A DNA stretch of 64,000 bases from Anaerolineae bacterium (GCA_027021705.1 JALUTT010000020.1:591-64590); one strand, 5' to 3'; shown: positions 43,527 to 53,608, numbered from the stretch's first letter. Notes: generated by a model from the sequence alone, not told the origin. Numbers and translations are program-made.

Positions 43527-44651
43527 TCACGAACGGGCCACCAACTCCTCGTACAGGCGCAGGTAGCCCTCCAGCTCGCGCCGGGTCGTGTACCGCTGGA
43601 GCACCCGCCGGCGGGCCGCCTCGCCCACGGCCACCCGCCGCTCCGGCGCGTCCAGCAGGGCGAGGATGCGCCGGGCCAGCGCCTCGTCGTCGCCCGGCGG
43701 GACCAGGAAGCCGGTCACGCCCTCCTCGACGACGTCGGCGATGCCGCCGACAGGGGTGGTGACCACGGGCCGTCCGCAGGCCATCGCCTCCAGCAGGGCG
43801 TTGGGCAGCCCATCCCGGAGCGAGGGGAGCAGCACCAGGTCCAGGGCGTTGTAGTAGGCGGGCAGCCGGTCTTGCTCCAGGTAGGGGACCACGTGGATGG
43901 AGAGGTGGGGGTGCCGGCGGCGGAAGAGGTCGAGCACGGGCCGGTCCTTCTCCCGCACCCCCCCGACGAGGAAGAGGTGAGCCGGGCGGTGGGCGGCCAC
44001 CCGGGCGAAGGCGGAGAGCAGGACGGTGAGCCCCTTCTTGAGGCGGGCCTCGCCGACGAAGCCCAGGAGCGCACCGGGGCCGACCTCCTCCTGCAGCGGG
44101 GCCGGTGGTCCCGGGCGGAACTGCTCCCCATCCACGCCGTTGGGCACGTAGTGGACGGCAGCCTGGGGGGCGAAGACCCGGACCTTGCGGGCCAGGTCGT
44201 GGGAGACGACCGCCACCGCGTCGGCCAGCCGCAGCGCTTCCAGCATGTAGGGGCCTCGGGCGGGGTCGAAGAGGAGGCGGTCCATATCGTTGCCCCGGGC
44301 GCTGATGAGGGCCGGCCGGCCCAGGTAGTGGGCGGCGAAGGCGGCCAAGAAACCGGCGTAGGACAGGAAGTGGCCGTGGTAGAGATCGCTCTCGCCCTCT
44401 CGGCCCAGCCGGACCGCCAGTTCAAACCAGTCGGTCAGCGTATCCCGTCCGTGGCGGTGGGGCCCCAGCCGGTGGACGACGACGCCGGCCTCCTCCGTTG
44501 TGGTCACCTGGCCGGGGGGGAGGTCCCGCCCCAGCGTGCAGAGGTGGACGGTGTGGCCGGCCTCGACCAGCCCCTGGGCCAGCCGCTGGGCGGAACGGGC
44601 CACCCCGCCCACCTCCGGCGGGTAGGTCTCACTGAGGAAGCAGAGGTTCAT
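43527..44651 (-). CDS. GT4 glycosyltransferase
   Basis: ETYPPEVGGV, VPNGVD, LLPSLRDGLPNALLEAMACG. Confidence 0.9.
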   Translation of the reverse strand: MNLCFLSETYPPEVGGVARSAQRLAQGLVEAGHTVHLCTLGRDLPPGQVTTTEEAGVVVHRLGPHRHGRDTLTDWFELAVRLGREGESDLYHGHFLSYAGFLAAFAAHYLGRPALISARGNDMDRLLFDPARGPYMLEALRLADAVAVVSHDLARKVRVFAPQAAVHYVPNGVDGEQFRPGPPAPLQEEVGPGALLGFVGEARLKKGLTVLLSAFARVAAHRPAHLFLVGGVREKDRPVLDLFRRRHPHLSIHVVPYLEQDRLPAYYNALDLVLLPSLRDGLPNALLEAMACGRPVVTTPVGGIADVVEEGVTGFLVPPGDDEALARRILALLDAPERRVAVGEAARRRVLQRYTTRRELEGYLRLYEELVARS

Positions 44652-44682
44652 AGAGATTCATCGCGATCACGAGGTGCTAACG

Positions 44683-44967
44683 ATGGCCAAACAGTGCGAG
44701 ATGATGATCGGTTTCCTCATCCCCCGCCGCTGCAACCAGAAAGCCCGCTCCACCTGCATTCGCTGCGGCAAGGCGATATGCGACGAGCACGCGGTGATCA
44801 CCTCGGCCGGCATCCTCTGCGAGGCCTGTCACCTGGGCGTCGAGATGCTGGCCGCCGAGCCTCCCCGGCCGGAGGTCTACACCCACCTGCCCGGATACGG
44901 TCCTGAGGACACGATCTACTTCGAGACGGAGGACACAGGCGAGGACCTTTTCAGCGACCTCTCCTGA
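44683..44967 (+). CDS. Small B-box/AN1-like zinc-finger protein
   Basis: C..C..CIRCGKAICDEH..LCEACH, acidic tail; GAGGTG RBS. Confidence 0.7.
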   Translation: MAKQCEMMIGFLIPRRCNQKARSTCIRCGKAICDEHAVITSAGILCEACHLGVEMLAAEPPRPEVYTHLPGYGPEDTIYFETEDTGEDLFSDLS

Positions 44968-46048
44968 CGTCGAACGCTTCCCCTCGCCCGTCGGCCAGCC
45001 GGTGTAGGAACCGGTTGGCCTGGAGGAAGTCATCGCAGCGGTGGCAGGCGGGGTAGAGGTGCCCGTCGCGCATCGCCACGCGGAGGGCCCGGTAGCTCGT
45101 CCCCTTCCAAACCTCCCGGAAGCTCTGCACCCGCAGGTCCCCCAGGGGCCTCGCCCCCCGGGTCATGCAGCAGGCGTGGACCCGACCACGCGGCGTGATG
45201 AAGGCGTGGGTCCAGGGGGCGTAGCAGGGCTGACGCCGGTAGAGCCCCCGCGCGTACTCCCCCAGCTTGCTGTACTCCAACTCCCGCCCCGTCCGACCGA
45301 AGGGGTAGGCTTCCTCCGGGGTCTGGAAGAGCCCCCAAGCCACCCCCTCCTCGGCCAGCACCGGTGCAACCCGCCCGTTGAAGTCCCGGATGCGTGTCTT
45401 GTTCAGCCGGAGTTGCCCCGTCGGATCGTCCACCGGGATCAGCGTCAGGCGGTCCACCCCCTCCTCGTGGGCAAAGGCCGCCAGCCGGTTCAGGCTGGTG
45501 TAGTTCCGCCGGGTGATGACGGTGTTGATGCGGAGGCGTACCTTGGCTCGGTGACGGTCAACGACCCGCCGCAGCGCCCGAATCCCCCGGACCGTCCGCT
45601 TCCACGCCCCGGCGACCCCTCGGATCCGGTCGTGCACCTTGCGGTCGGGCGAGTCCACGGAGATGCTGACGCCCCGCACGCCGGCCTCGACCAGCCGTTC
45701 CGCCCGCTCCGGGGTGAGCAGCGTCCCGTTGGTCGTCAGGTTGACCCGCATCCCCTTGTCGCTCAGGTAGGCGACCAGGTCGAAGAGGTCGGGGCGCAGC
45801 AGCGTCTCTCCGCCGGAGAGGTGGACCTTGCGGGTGCCTAGGTCGGCCAGTTCGTCGGCCAGGGCGCGGAGCCGGTCGAGGGAGAGCAGCTCGTGCCGCT
45901 GCTGCCGCCAGATGTTGCACATCACGCAGCGGAGGTTGCAGCGCCAGGTCAGCTTGATCTTGACCAGGAGGGGCGCGTAGGGCTGCGCTTCGGCGACGCA
46001 ACGGGCGAACCGGGCTTGGTCTTCGGCGATCCGTTCCAGGTCGTACAT
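44951..46048 (-). CDS. Radical SAM/SPASM domain protein
   Basis: CNLRCVMC, SGGETL, LTTNG, SPASM CYAPW..GRVHACC..GDL..CHRC. Confidence 0.92.
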   Translation of the reverse strand: MYDLERIAEDQARFARCVAEAQPYAPLLVKIKLTWRCNLRCVMCNIWRQQRHELLSLDRLRALADELADLGTRKVHLSGGETLLRPDLFDLVAYLSDKGMRVNLTTNGTLLTPERAERLVEAGVRGVSISVDSPDRKVHDRIRGVAGAWKRTVRGIRALRRVVDRHRAKVRLRINTVITRRNYTSLNRLAAFAHEEGVDRLTLIPVDDPTGQLRLNKTRIRDFNGRVAPVLAEEGVAWGLFQTPEEAYPFGRTGRELEYSKLGEYARGLYRRQPCYAPWTHAFITPRGRVHACCMTRGARPLGDLRVQSFREVWKGTSYRALRVAMRDGHLYPACHRCDDFLQANRFLHRLADGRGEAFDVRRGR

Positions 46049-46051
46049 AGG

Positions 46052-46270
46052 TGGTCGCTTGGTCCTCGGTCCTCAGTCCTCAGTCCTGGGTGCCTCCCCT
46101 GGCCGGCGGTCGGCGGTCGGTTGTCGGCGGTCATATCCGGTCCTCAGTCCTCAGCTCTTGCAACTTGCCCCTTGCAACTTGCCCCTTGCAACTTGCCCCC
46201 TTGCAACTTGCCCCTTGCAACTTGCCCCCTTGCAACTTGCCCCTTGCCCCCTGCCCCTCGCCCTCACTCC
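46052..46270. repeat. Composite heptamer repeats GTCCTCA, GCGGTCG and alternating TTGCAAC/TTGCCCC
   Basis: Read directly; lies between the kinase stop and the radical SAM start. Confidence 0.9.
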
Positions 46271-46286
46271 TCGGTGCCTCGTCGCC

Positions 46287-48413
46287 TCATCCGTCCTCCA
46301 GCCGCTTTCCGGGGAGGAAGAAGGAAAAGGTGGCTCCTTGCCCCGGCTGGCTCTCCACCCAGATACGCCCGCCGTGGGCCTCGACGGCCAGCTTGCAGAA
46401 GGCCAGCCCCAGCCCGCTGCCTGGGATGGCCTCCTGATCCGAAGTCCGCAGGCGGGCGAACTTGTCGAAGATGCGGCGGTGGTAGACGGCGGGGATGCCG
46501 GGACCGCTATCCCGCACCCGCACGACGACCCCGTCCGGCTGCTCCTCCACCATCACCGTTACCTCCCCATGCCGGGGCGTGAACTTGATGGCGTTGTCCA
46601 ACAGGTTGACCACCACCCGGGTCAGCAGGTCGGGATCGGCCCAGAGGGTGAGGGGGTAGGGAGGCAGGGGGGCGTGGACCCGAACCCCCTTGCGATGGGC
46701 CAGGAAGCCCATCTGTTCCAGCGCATCCTGGATGAAGGCCCTCACGTCGGTGGGCTGTTTGGCCAAGAAGGTGGCGCCCGACTCCAGGCGGTGGATGTCG
46801 AGAAGGGTGGAGATCATCGAGGCCATCCGACCCGTGGCCCGGTGGGCGATCTCCAGGAGCTGGTTGGGGTCCCCTTGAGGCAGCCGGCCCTCCAGGGCGT
46901 CCTGGAGCAGGATCAGGCTGTTGCGCAGCGTTCCCACCGGGCTTCGTAGGTCGTGGACGACCATGTGGACCAGCTCCTCCCGCAATCGCTCCAGGGCCCG
47001 TTGCTCCGAGATGTCGCGGGCGATCACTTCGTAGGTGCCGTCGTCCAGAACCGCACCGCTCACCTCGACGGCAATGCGGTGGCCGTCGGCGTGCAGGACC
47101 TCGATCTCCAGCCCTTCGGCCCGCCCCCGACGCCGGAGGCGGGCGGCGAAGCGGAGCGCCGGCCAGAGGCTTTCAGGAGGCAGAAGGGCCGTCACAGGCA
47201 GACGGTACATCTCCTCCCGGGAACGGCCCACCATCGCGGCCGCCCGCTCATTGCAGATGACCCACCGGCCCTCAGGATCGAAGACGGCGATGGCGTCGTT
47301 GGCCCGCTCCACCAGTTGACGATACCGGGCCTCAGAGCGCTGGACCTGGTGGTGGAGCAGGGCATTCTGCACGGCGACGGCGATCTGGTTGGCTACCGCC
47401 TCCATCAGGGAGACCAGTTCCTCGTCCACCGGACCGTCGGCGATGCTGAGCAGGCCGACGACTTGCTCCCGGACGTGGAGCACCGTGCTGAGGGTGTGGA
47501 TTCGGTAGCGCCGTTGCGCCTCTCCCCATTCGGGCACGTGGCGGTGAAGCGCCCGGCTGAGCATCGGCTCTGCCCCGGCCTGGAGCAGGGACTGAAGGGT
47601 GGGGAAGGGCCAGGGCAGGGAGCGGACCGCTTCGACGTACTCGGGAGGAAGCCCGTGGTGGGCTTGCAGGATGAGGCGGTGGTGCTCCCGATCGTACAGG
47701 TAGATGCACCCCAAGGGTCGCCCCACCATCTCCAGCGTGCGCTCCAACGCTCTCTGGAGCACCGTGGTCGGATCCAGGGAGCTGTTCACCGCTTGGGCGA
47801 TCAGCATCACGGCGCTCAGTTGACGGGTGCGCCGCTGCTCCGCCTCGTAGAGCCGGGCATTCTCGATGGCCAGGGCCACCTGGTCGGCCAGGAACTCCAG
47901 CACCGGGATGTCGTCCGGGTCGAAGGCGTTGGGGCGGGGGTCCTGCAGGTCCAGAACCCCCAGCAGCCGCTCCCCCACCTTCAGCGGGATGTCCAGTTCT
48001 GATCCCGTGTCCACAGCCGGGCAGGCTGCGTAGCGGGAATCGTGCTGGACGTCGTTGGAGAGGATGGTCTGGCCGGTCTGCGCGGCCAGGCCGATCAGGC
48101 CGTAGCCGAGAGGAGGGCGGTAGTCCGAGGGAAAGCGATCGGCGTACCCACCGGCGGCACAACGGAAGAGGAGCCGTTGCTGACGGGAGTCCACCGTCAG
48201 GATGGCGACGTGGAAGTAGCCGAAGGTCTCGTGGATCAGCCGGACGGTCAGGGGGAGCAGGACCTCCAGCGGGTAGACGGTCAGGATCTCCCGGCCCAGG
48301 CGAAGCACCGCTTCCAACTGCTCGGCCCGCCGCTGCAAGCGGCTGCCCTCCCGGCGTTGGGGAGGGTCCTGGCCGACCGGGGAACGGGGAGTAGAGGACA
48401 GCGAGCCGTCCAA
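46287..48413 (-). CDS. GAF-GAF-PAS sensor histidine kinase
   Basis: VHDLRSP, NLLDNAIKFT, DSGPGI, GSGLGLAFC. Start approximate. Confidence 0.92.
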   Translation of the reverse strand: MDGSLSSTPRSPVGQDPPQRREGSRLQRRAEQLEAVLRLGREILTVYPLEVLLPLTVRLIHETFGYFHVAILTVDSRQQRLLFRCAAGGYADRFPSDYRPPLGYGLIGLAAQTGQTILSNDVQHDSRYAACPAVDTGSELDIPLKVGERLLGVLDLQDPRPNAFDPDDIPVLEFLADQVALAIENARLYEAEQRRTRQLSAVMLIAQAVNSSLDPTTVLQRALERTLEMVGRPLGCIYLYDREHHRLILQAHHGLPPEYVEAVRSLPWPFPTLQSLLQAGAEPMLSRALHRHVPEWGEAQRRYRIHTLSTVLHVREQVVGLLSIADGPVDEELVSLMEAVANQIAVAVQNALLHHQVQRSEARYRQLVERANDAIAVFDPEGRWVICNERAAAMVGRSREEMYRLPVTALLPPESLWPALRFAARLRRRGRAEGLEIEVLHADGHRIAVEVSGAVLDDGTYEVIARDISEQRALERLREELVHMVVHDLRSPVGTLRNSLILLQDALEGRLPQGDPNQLLEIAHRATGRMASMISTLLDIHRLESGATFLAKQPTDVRAFIQDALEQMGFLAHRKGVRVHAPLPPYPLTLWADPDLLTRVVVNLLDNAIKFTPRHGEVTVMVEEQPDGVVVRVRDSGPGIPAVYHRRIFDKFARLRTSDQEAIPGSGLGLAFCKLAVEAHGGRIWVESQPGQGATFSFFLPGKRLEDG

Positions 48414-48453
48414 GGCGGGACCCCCTTCTCACCACGAGGCTTGAGATTGGCCG

Positions 48454-49620
48454 TTACTCCAGGAGGTGAGCGTACTTCAGGCCGCTCCCGGTGTTCAGCA
48501 GGACCACGCGCTCGTGCGGGGCGATCCAGCCCTCCTGGAGAAGCTGGTGCAGGGCTGCCAGAGTAGCCGCCCCTTCCGGGCAGGCCAGGAGGCCCTCCCG
48601 TTCCGCCAGCTCCCGTTGGGCATTCAGGATCGCATCATCGGAGACCGCCACCGCCGTTCCGTTGCTCTCCCGCAGCGTCCGCAGGATCAGCCGATCCCCC
48701 AGCGCCTTGGGGACGCGCAGGCCGGCGGCCAGGGTGCGGGCGTCGGGCCAGGGCTGGGAGACCTCCGCGCCCTCGTGGAAGGCTTTGACGATGGGGGCAC
48801 ATCCGGCAGCCTGGACCGCCACCATCCGGGGCCGGGCGTCGTCAATCCACCCTAGGGCGGCCATCTCCTCCACCGCCTTCCAGATGCCGATGAGGCCCGT
48901 GCCGCCGCCGGTGGGGTAGAGGACGACGTCGGGCACCCGCCACCCTAGCTGCTCGACGATCTCATACCCCATCGTCTTCTTGCCCTCCAGCCGGTAGGGC
49001 TCCTTCAACGTGCTGACGTCCATCCCGCCCTCGGTGGCGACCATCGCTGTGGCCTCCCGACCGGCATCGGAGATTAGCCCCTCGACCAGGTGGAGGGTCG
49101 CGCCGGCCAGCCGGACCTCGATCTGGTTGATGGGGGGGGCGTCGGCGGGCATGAAGACGTGGGCGGTGAGGCCGGCGCGGGCGGCGTAGGCGGCCAGGGC
49201 ACCGCCGGCGTTGCCGGCCGTTGGGATGACGAAGGAGCGGACACCCAACTCCCGGGCCCGAGAGACGGCCATCGCCAACCCCCGGGCTTTGAAGCTCCCG
49301 GTGGGGTTGCCGCTTTCATCCTTGATGTAGAGGTGGCTCATCCCCAGCGCCTCGGCCAGCCGGTCGGCCCGCAGGAGCGGCGTCCCGCCCTCCCCCAGCG
49401 TGACGATCTGGCCCGGGTCCTGCACCGGGAGCAGTTCGGCGTAGCGCCAGAGGTCCGCGGGCCGGTCGGCCAAGAGGTCCGGGGAGAGGGTTGTCCGGGC
49501 CCGTTCTAGGTCGTACCGGGCCAGGAGAGGCGAGCCACAACGGCAGACCGTCTGCAGTTGATGGGCGTCGTAGCGCTCTCGACACTCCGGGCATTCCAGG
49601 AAGGCAAGGAAACTCTCCAT
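48454..49620 (-). CDS. thrC: Threonine synthase
   Basis: LGEGGTPL, KDESGNPTGSFKARG, PTAGNAG, EGKKTMG, YPTGGGTG, NTGSGLKY. Confidence 0.88.
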   Translation of the reverse strand: MESFLAFLECPECRERYDAHQLQTVCRCGSPLLARYDLERARTTLSPDLLADRPADLWRYAELLPVQDPGQIVTLGEGGTPLLRADRLAEALGMSHLYIKDESGNPTGSFKARGLAMAVSRARELGVRSFVIPTAGNAGGALAAYAARAGLTAHVFMPADAPPINQIEVRLAGATLHLVEGLISDAGREATAMVATEGGMDVSTLKEPYRLEGKKTMGYEIVEQLGWRVPDVVLYPTGGGTGLIGIWKAVEEMAALGWIDDARPRMVAVQAAGCAPIVKAFHEGAEVSQPWPDARTLAAGLRVPKALGDRLILRTLRESNGTAVAVSDDAILNAQRELAEREGLLACPEGAATLAALHQLLQEGWIAPHERVVLLNTGSGLKYAHLLE

Positions 49621-49625
49621 AACAG

Positions 49626-50102
49626 CTACCCCCCGTAGCTCCAACCGGTGCTCCGCAGGTCGAGGGGGGCTGCCTCGAAGTTGATGCCGGCGTTCACCAC
49701 CTCGGCGACGGCCAGGTGATGGTCACCCTGTTCCACCCACTCCAGGACCTGGCATTCCACGTAGGCGGGGGTCTCCGTGAGGAGCGGCGCTCCGGTGGAT
49801 CCGGTGGTGAAGGGATGGCCGCCGACGGTCTCTCCCTCCACGGGGGCGTGGCGGAAGAAGGCCGAGGCCAGCGCCTTCTGCCCCTCTCCCAGGATGTTCA
49901 AGGCGAAGGCTCCTGCCTCGCGCACCACCCGATAGGTCTGGGATGCCTGTTTGATGGCCACGGCGATCAGCGGGGGCTGAAACGAGGTCTGGGTGACCCA
50001 GGAAACGGTGGAAGCCACCACGTCCTCGCCGTGACGGGCTGTGAGCACGTAAAGGCCATAGGTGAACATCTGGAGGGCTTTCTTCCGGGCTTGCGGGTCC
50101 AT
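49626..50102 (-). CDS. Flavin reductase family protein
   Basis: FTYGLYVLT, WVTQTSFQPP, GDHHL. Confidence 0.9.
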   Translation of the reverse strand: MDPQARKKALQMFTYGLYVLTARHGEDVVASTVSWVTQTSFQPPLIAVAIKQASQTYRVVREAGAFALNILGEGQKALASAFFRHAPVEGETVGGHPFTTGSTGAPLLTETPAYVECQVLEWVEQGDHHLAVAEVVNAGINFEAAPLDLRSTGWSYGG

Positions 50103-50113
50103 AAGGATGCCTC

Positions 50114-50731
50114 CTACTGAGCCTCGAACTTGTTCAACACCATCTCCAACGCGCTGCCGGCGATGTACCCCATCACCATCAGCAGGTCCTGGTCGGCTTG
50201 GGTGAACTCCCGACCGGAGAACTTGTTAAGCACTTCGATGGCCCCGACGATCTTCCCCTCAGAACCCATCATTGGTACACAGAGGAGCGAGCGGGTCTTG
50301 AAGCCGAACTGCTCGTCCACCTGCCGGGAGAAGCGGCGATCCAGATGGGGGCGGTTCACGATGAGGGGACTGCCGTGGGTCACCACCCATCCTGCGATCC
50401 CTGTCTCCTTGGGAATCCGGTAGCCCACCAACTGCTCCCGGATGAGGCCGTGCACGACGGCGAAGACCAGCTCGTCGGTCTCCGGGTCCAGAAGCAGGAC
50501 AGAGCCGTCGGCTGCGTCGGTGACGGTGAGGGCCGCGTAGAGGATCTTGTCCAGCAAGGGCATCAGGTCGGCTTCCTCCGTCATCCGACGGGCTTCCTGC
50601 TGGAGCAACCGCAGCCCGTCCAGGTAGTCCCGCAGGGCTGCCAGTTCCTCGCGCAACTGTTTGTTCTCCTCCTGGAGGCGGGCGTTTTCCTCTTGAAGAA
50701 AGCGGAGCAGGGTTGTCGAGGATCTACTCAT
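50114..50731 (-). CDS. Coiled-coil + GAF domain protein
   Basis: LQEENARLQEENKQL; GIAGWV..FKTRSLLCVPM..GAIEVLNK. Confidence 0.85.
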   Translation of the reverse strand: MSRSSTTLLRFLQEENARLQEENKQLREELAALRDYLDGLRLLQQEARRMTEEADLMPLLDKILYAALTVTDAADGSVLLLDPETDELVFAVVHGLIREQLVGYRIPKETGIAGWVVTHGSPLIVNRPHLDRRFSRQVDEQFGFKTRSLLCVPMMGSEGKIVGAIEVLNKFSGREFTQADQDLLMVMGYIAGSALEMVLNKFEAQ

Positions 50732-50762
50732 CGGGCCTCCTTGTTGGATGCGTTGGGCATCT

Positions 50763-51140
50763 TCAGTGGATCGGATCGAGCCTCCGCCGCTCCAAGGCCA
50801 TGTGGATGCAGGCCATCAACTCTTCCGGGCGGAAGGGCTTGCGGATGAAATCGGTGGCCCCCATCCGCCTGGCGCGTTCCAGATTGGCTCGGTTATCGTA
50901 GGCGGAGACGAAGATGATGGGGACGGAGAACTGTCGCCGAAGCTGCTCAAAGACCTGCCAACCGTTCAGGTCCGGCATCATAATGTCCAACAGCACCACG
51001 TCCGGCGGGGTTTCTGCAGCCTTGCGCAGCCCTTCCTGGCCTTCCAGGGCGATGTAAGTCTCAAATCCACTGGCAGTGAGCAAGAGCCTGAGCATCTCGG
51101 CGATTTCTTGGTCGTCGTCAATGACCAGCACGACAGCCAT
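50763..51140 (-). CDS. Single-domain response regulator
   Basis: VLVIDDD, DVVLLDIMMP, FVSA, FIRKPF. Start set at ATG 51140. Confidence 0.9.
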   Translation of the reverse strand: MAVVLVIDDDQEIAEMLRLLLTASGFETYIALEGQEGLRKAAETPPDVVLLDIMMPDLNGWQVFEQLRRQFSVPIIFVSAYDNRANLERARRMGATDFIRKPFRPEELMACIHMALERRRLDPIH

Positions 51141-51219
51141 ACCGCGCCTCCTTCTAGGGCTCTCAGAACATTGTCTGGGTATCCGCGCAATCCGATGCCC
51201 GGCGCACAAGGGTGGCAGG

Positions 51220-52305
51220 TTAAGGGAGCGCAGACCGTAGGATGCGCAGCCAGTTCTCCCCCATGATCGCTTCGACATCGGCGGGCTGATAGCCATACTC
51301 GCCCAGAGCCTCGGCGATGCGGGGCAGGTCGGCCACCGTGTCCAGGCCGGCCGGCGTGCTCTCCGCACCGAACCCCCCATCGAGGTCGGTGCCCAGCCCC
51401 ACATGCCGGGCGTCGCCCACCAACTGACAGACGGTGTCTATCGCCCCTACCACGTCCATCACCGTCACCCGATCGGGGGGATCGGTTCGGCTCCAGTCCC
51501 GACGTAGGAAGGCGTTGTAGAGAGCAATGCCGACGACGCCATCCCGCTCGGCCAGGTAGCGGATCATCACGTCCGAGAGCTGACGATCACCGGGTACCCG
51601 CCGACGAGGATTGGCGTGGCTGGCGATCACAGGACCCTCGTAGCGATCCAAGGCTTCGAAGAAGCTTTCCTCGGCAGCATGGCTCAGGTCCAGGATGAGC
51701 CCCTGGTCCGCCATCGCGTCTAGGAGCTCCCGCCCCAAGTCGGTCAGAGGGCCAGGCTCGCCTGTGCCCCCGGCGTACCGGGTCGCCCCCCAGGAAAGGC
51801 CGATGATGCGCACCCCCCGGTCCACCCACTCCGGCAGTTCGGCCGGAGTGCGGATGGGATCAGCGCCTTCCATCAAGATGACAAACCCCACCTGACGTCG
51901 GTCATCTCCCTCGGTCCCCGCCTGGGACCCGTTCTGCCAGGTGGAGAGAACCTGATCTAGGTCGGTCTGGGACCGAATGAGAGCGATCCGCTCATCCTCG
52001 TCGGCCCAGCGGTGGTACCAGTCCAGTTGGGCCATCGCCTGCCGATGGGCCTCGTCTGGGTCACGGTAGCTCTGCAAGGCGGGGTGCCAGGAGCGGCGGG
52101 CCGGCAACGTCCAGAGGGTGCTGAAGATGACGGCGACACCGGCGTCCAGCCATTCAGGGATCCCCAGGGTGCACTGTCCCGTGACCTCAGGCACCCAGCT
52201 CCCCACCTCCTGCTTCCGAATTTCCAGGGCGGAACGCCGGTAGTCACGACCGAAGGTGAGCGCGTTGTAGGCCAGGTCTTCGTGGGCGTCTACGATGAGC
52301 ATCAT
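51220..52305 (-). CDS. Membrane dipeptidase (peptidase M19)
   Basis: IVDAHED, ILMEGA, LDLSH, ASHAN, GLGTDLDG, IMGENW. Confidence 0.92.
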   Translation of the reverse strand: MMLIVDAHEDLAYNALTFGRDYRRSALEIRKQEVGSWVPEVTGQCTLGIPEWLDAGVAVIFSTLWTLPARRSWHPALQSYRDPDEAHRQAMAQLDWYHRWADEDERIALIRSQTDLDQVLSTWQNGSQAGTEGDDRRQVGFVILMEGADPIRTPAELPEWVDRGVRIIGLSWGATRYAGGTGEPGPLTDLGRELLDAMADQGLILDLSHAAEESFFEALDRYEGPVIASHANPRRRVPGDRQLSDVMIRYLAERDGVVGIALYNAFLRRDWSRTDPPDRVTVMDVVGAIDTVCQLVGDARHVGLGTDLDGGFGAESTPAGLDTVADLPRIAEALGEYGYQPADVEAIMGENWLRILRSALP

Positions 52306-52361
52306 CCCCCCAGAGACGAGGCGACGTTGGGTTGGGAGAAGAACAACCCCAGTATAACACG

Positions 52362-52500
52362 CTGTTCTCCGGGGCTTACGGAGAACTCCTGCCCGGTTCC
52401 TGCTTCGTCGAGGCTGCCGGCGTCGTGGCCGGTCTTACCGCCTCTCCACAGGCGTTCGGGGCTGCGCCCCCGGTTCCGGCGGAACCCGCCGTACCGCTGA
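52362..52500 (-). ncRNA. Putative TnpB omega-RNA / element right end (overlapping tnpB 3' end)
   Basis: Typical TnpB tail (NACGE..TKQEP), then ...gtaagccccggagaacag, which resembles IS607-type right ends. Boundaries approximate. Confidence 0.45.
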
Positions 52501-53608
52501 GGTTCCTGAGGTTGATGGCGGCGTTGAGATCCCGGTCCAACACCGCTCCGCAATGGGGACAGGTCCACTCTCGGTCGGACGGCCCCAACCCTTCGTGGAC
52601 CGCTCCGCAGCGATGGCAGGTCTTGCTGGAGGGGAAGAAGCGGTCGGCGACGCGGAGTTGGCTGCCCGACCAGGCGGCCTTGTACGTCAACTGTCGGCGG
52701 AACTCGTAGAAGCCCACGTCGGAGATGGCCCGGGCCAGGCGGCGGTTCTTCAACATCCCGCCCACGTTCAGGTCCTCGATGACGATCTCGCGCGGCCTCT
52801 CGCCATCGGGCTTGGTTCTCGCCACGATGGCGGCGGTGGCCTTGTGGAGGGCGTCCTGTCGGATATTATACAGGCGATGGTACAAACGGGCAAGCTTCCG
52901 GCGGGTCTTCTCGTAGTTCCTGCCGCCGCGCTTGCGCCGGGCCAGTTGGCGCTGAAGCCGGCGCAGCTTCCTCCGGGCCTTCTCCAGGGGGCGGGGGGCC
53001 TCGAAGCGCCGGCCGTCGCTCAACACGGCCATCGCCCGGACGCCCAGGTCAACGCCGAGGGGCTCGCCGGTGGCCGGCCTAACCTCCACCTCTTCGCGCA
53101 CCTGGACGCTGACGAACCAGCGTCCTGCCCGCTCCGACACGGTGGCCGAGAGGATGTGGGCGTCGGTCGGGATGTAGCCGTGCTCCTTGAGGCGGAGCCA
53201 GCCGATGCGTGGCAGCCGGATGCGGTCGTGCTCCACGCGGATGGCCCCATCAACGCGGAAGCGGAGCGGGCTGCGCTTGCGGGATTTGAACCGGGGGAAG
53301 CCCGGCTTCTCCCCGCGTCGGAGGCGGCGGAAGAAGGCCCGGAAGGCCCGGTCCAGGTCTCGGAGGGCGTTCTGGGGGATGCTCTTGGAGTAGTTGTACA
53401 GCCAGGGGTAGTCGGTCTTCTTGAGGGCGACGAGTTGGCGGTGTTGCTCGAAGGCGTTGCTGGAGCGACCGGTGGCCCGGTACTCGGCGATGCGGCGTTC
53501 GAGGCCCCAGTTCCAGGCCCAGCGGGCGACGCCGGCGCAGGCCACCAGCAGGGAGCGCTCCCGGTTGTTCAGCTTGAGTTCGACCTTGTAGGCTCTGAAG
53601 ATCTCCAT
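52376..53608 (-). CDS. tnpB: TnpB RNA-guided endonuclease (IS200/IS605/IS607 superfamily), no adjacent transposase
   Basis: AYKVEL, KPGFPRFK, RuvC GVDLG / VIEDL / DRDLNAA all intact, Zn finger CHRCG..CPHCG. Confidence 0.95.
   Translation of the reverse strand: MEIFRAYKVELKLNNRERSLLVACAGVARWAWNWGLERRIAEYRATGRSSNAFEQHRQLVALKKTDYPWLYNYSKSIPQNALRDLDRAFRAFFRRLRRGEKPGFPRFKSRKRSPLRFRVDGAIRVEHDRIRLPRIGWLRLKEHGYIPTDAHILSATVSERAGRWFVSVQVREEVEVRPATGEPLGVDLGVRAMAVLSDGRRFEAPRPLEKARRKLRRLQRQLARRKRGGRNYEKTRRKLARLYHRLYNIRQDALHKATAAIVARTKPDGERPREIVIEDLNVGGMLKNRRLARAISDVGFYEFRRQLTYKAAWSGSQLRVADRFFPSSKTCHRCGAVHEGLGPSDREWTCPHCGAVLDRDLNAAINLRNLSGTAGSAGTGGAAPNACGEAVRPATTPAASTKQEPGRSSP

Noticed and set aside
52376-53608. 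Cas12f/type V effector or dead TnpB (TldR)
   Set aside because: No CRISPR array is adjacent and all three RuvC acidic residues are intact.
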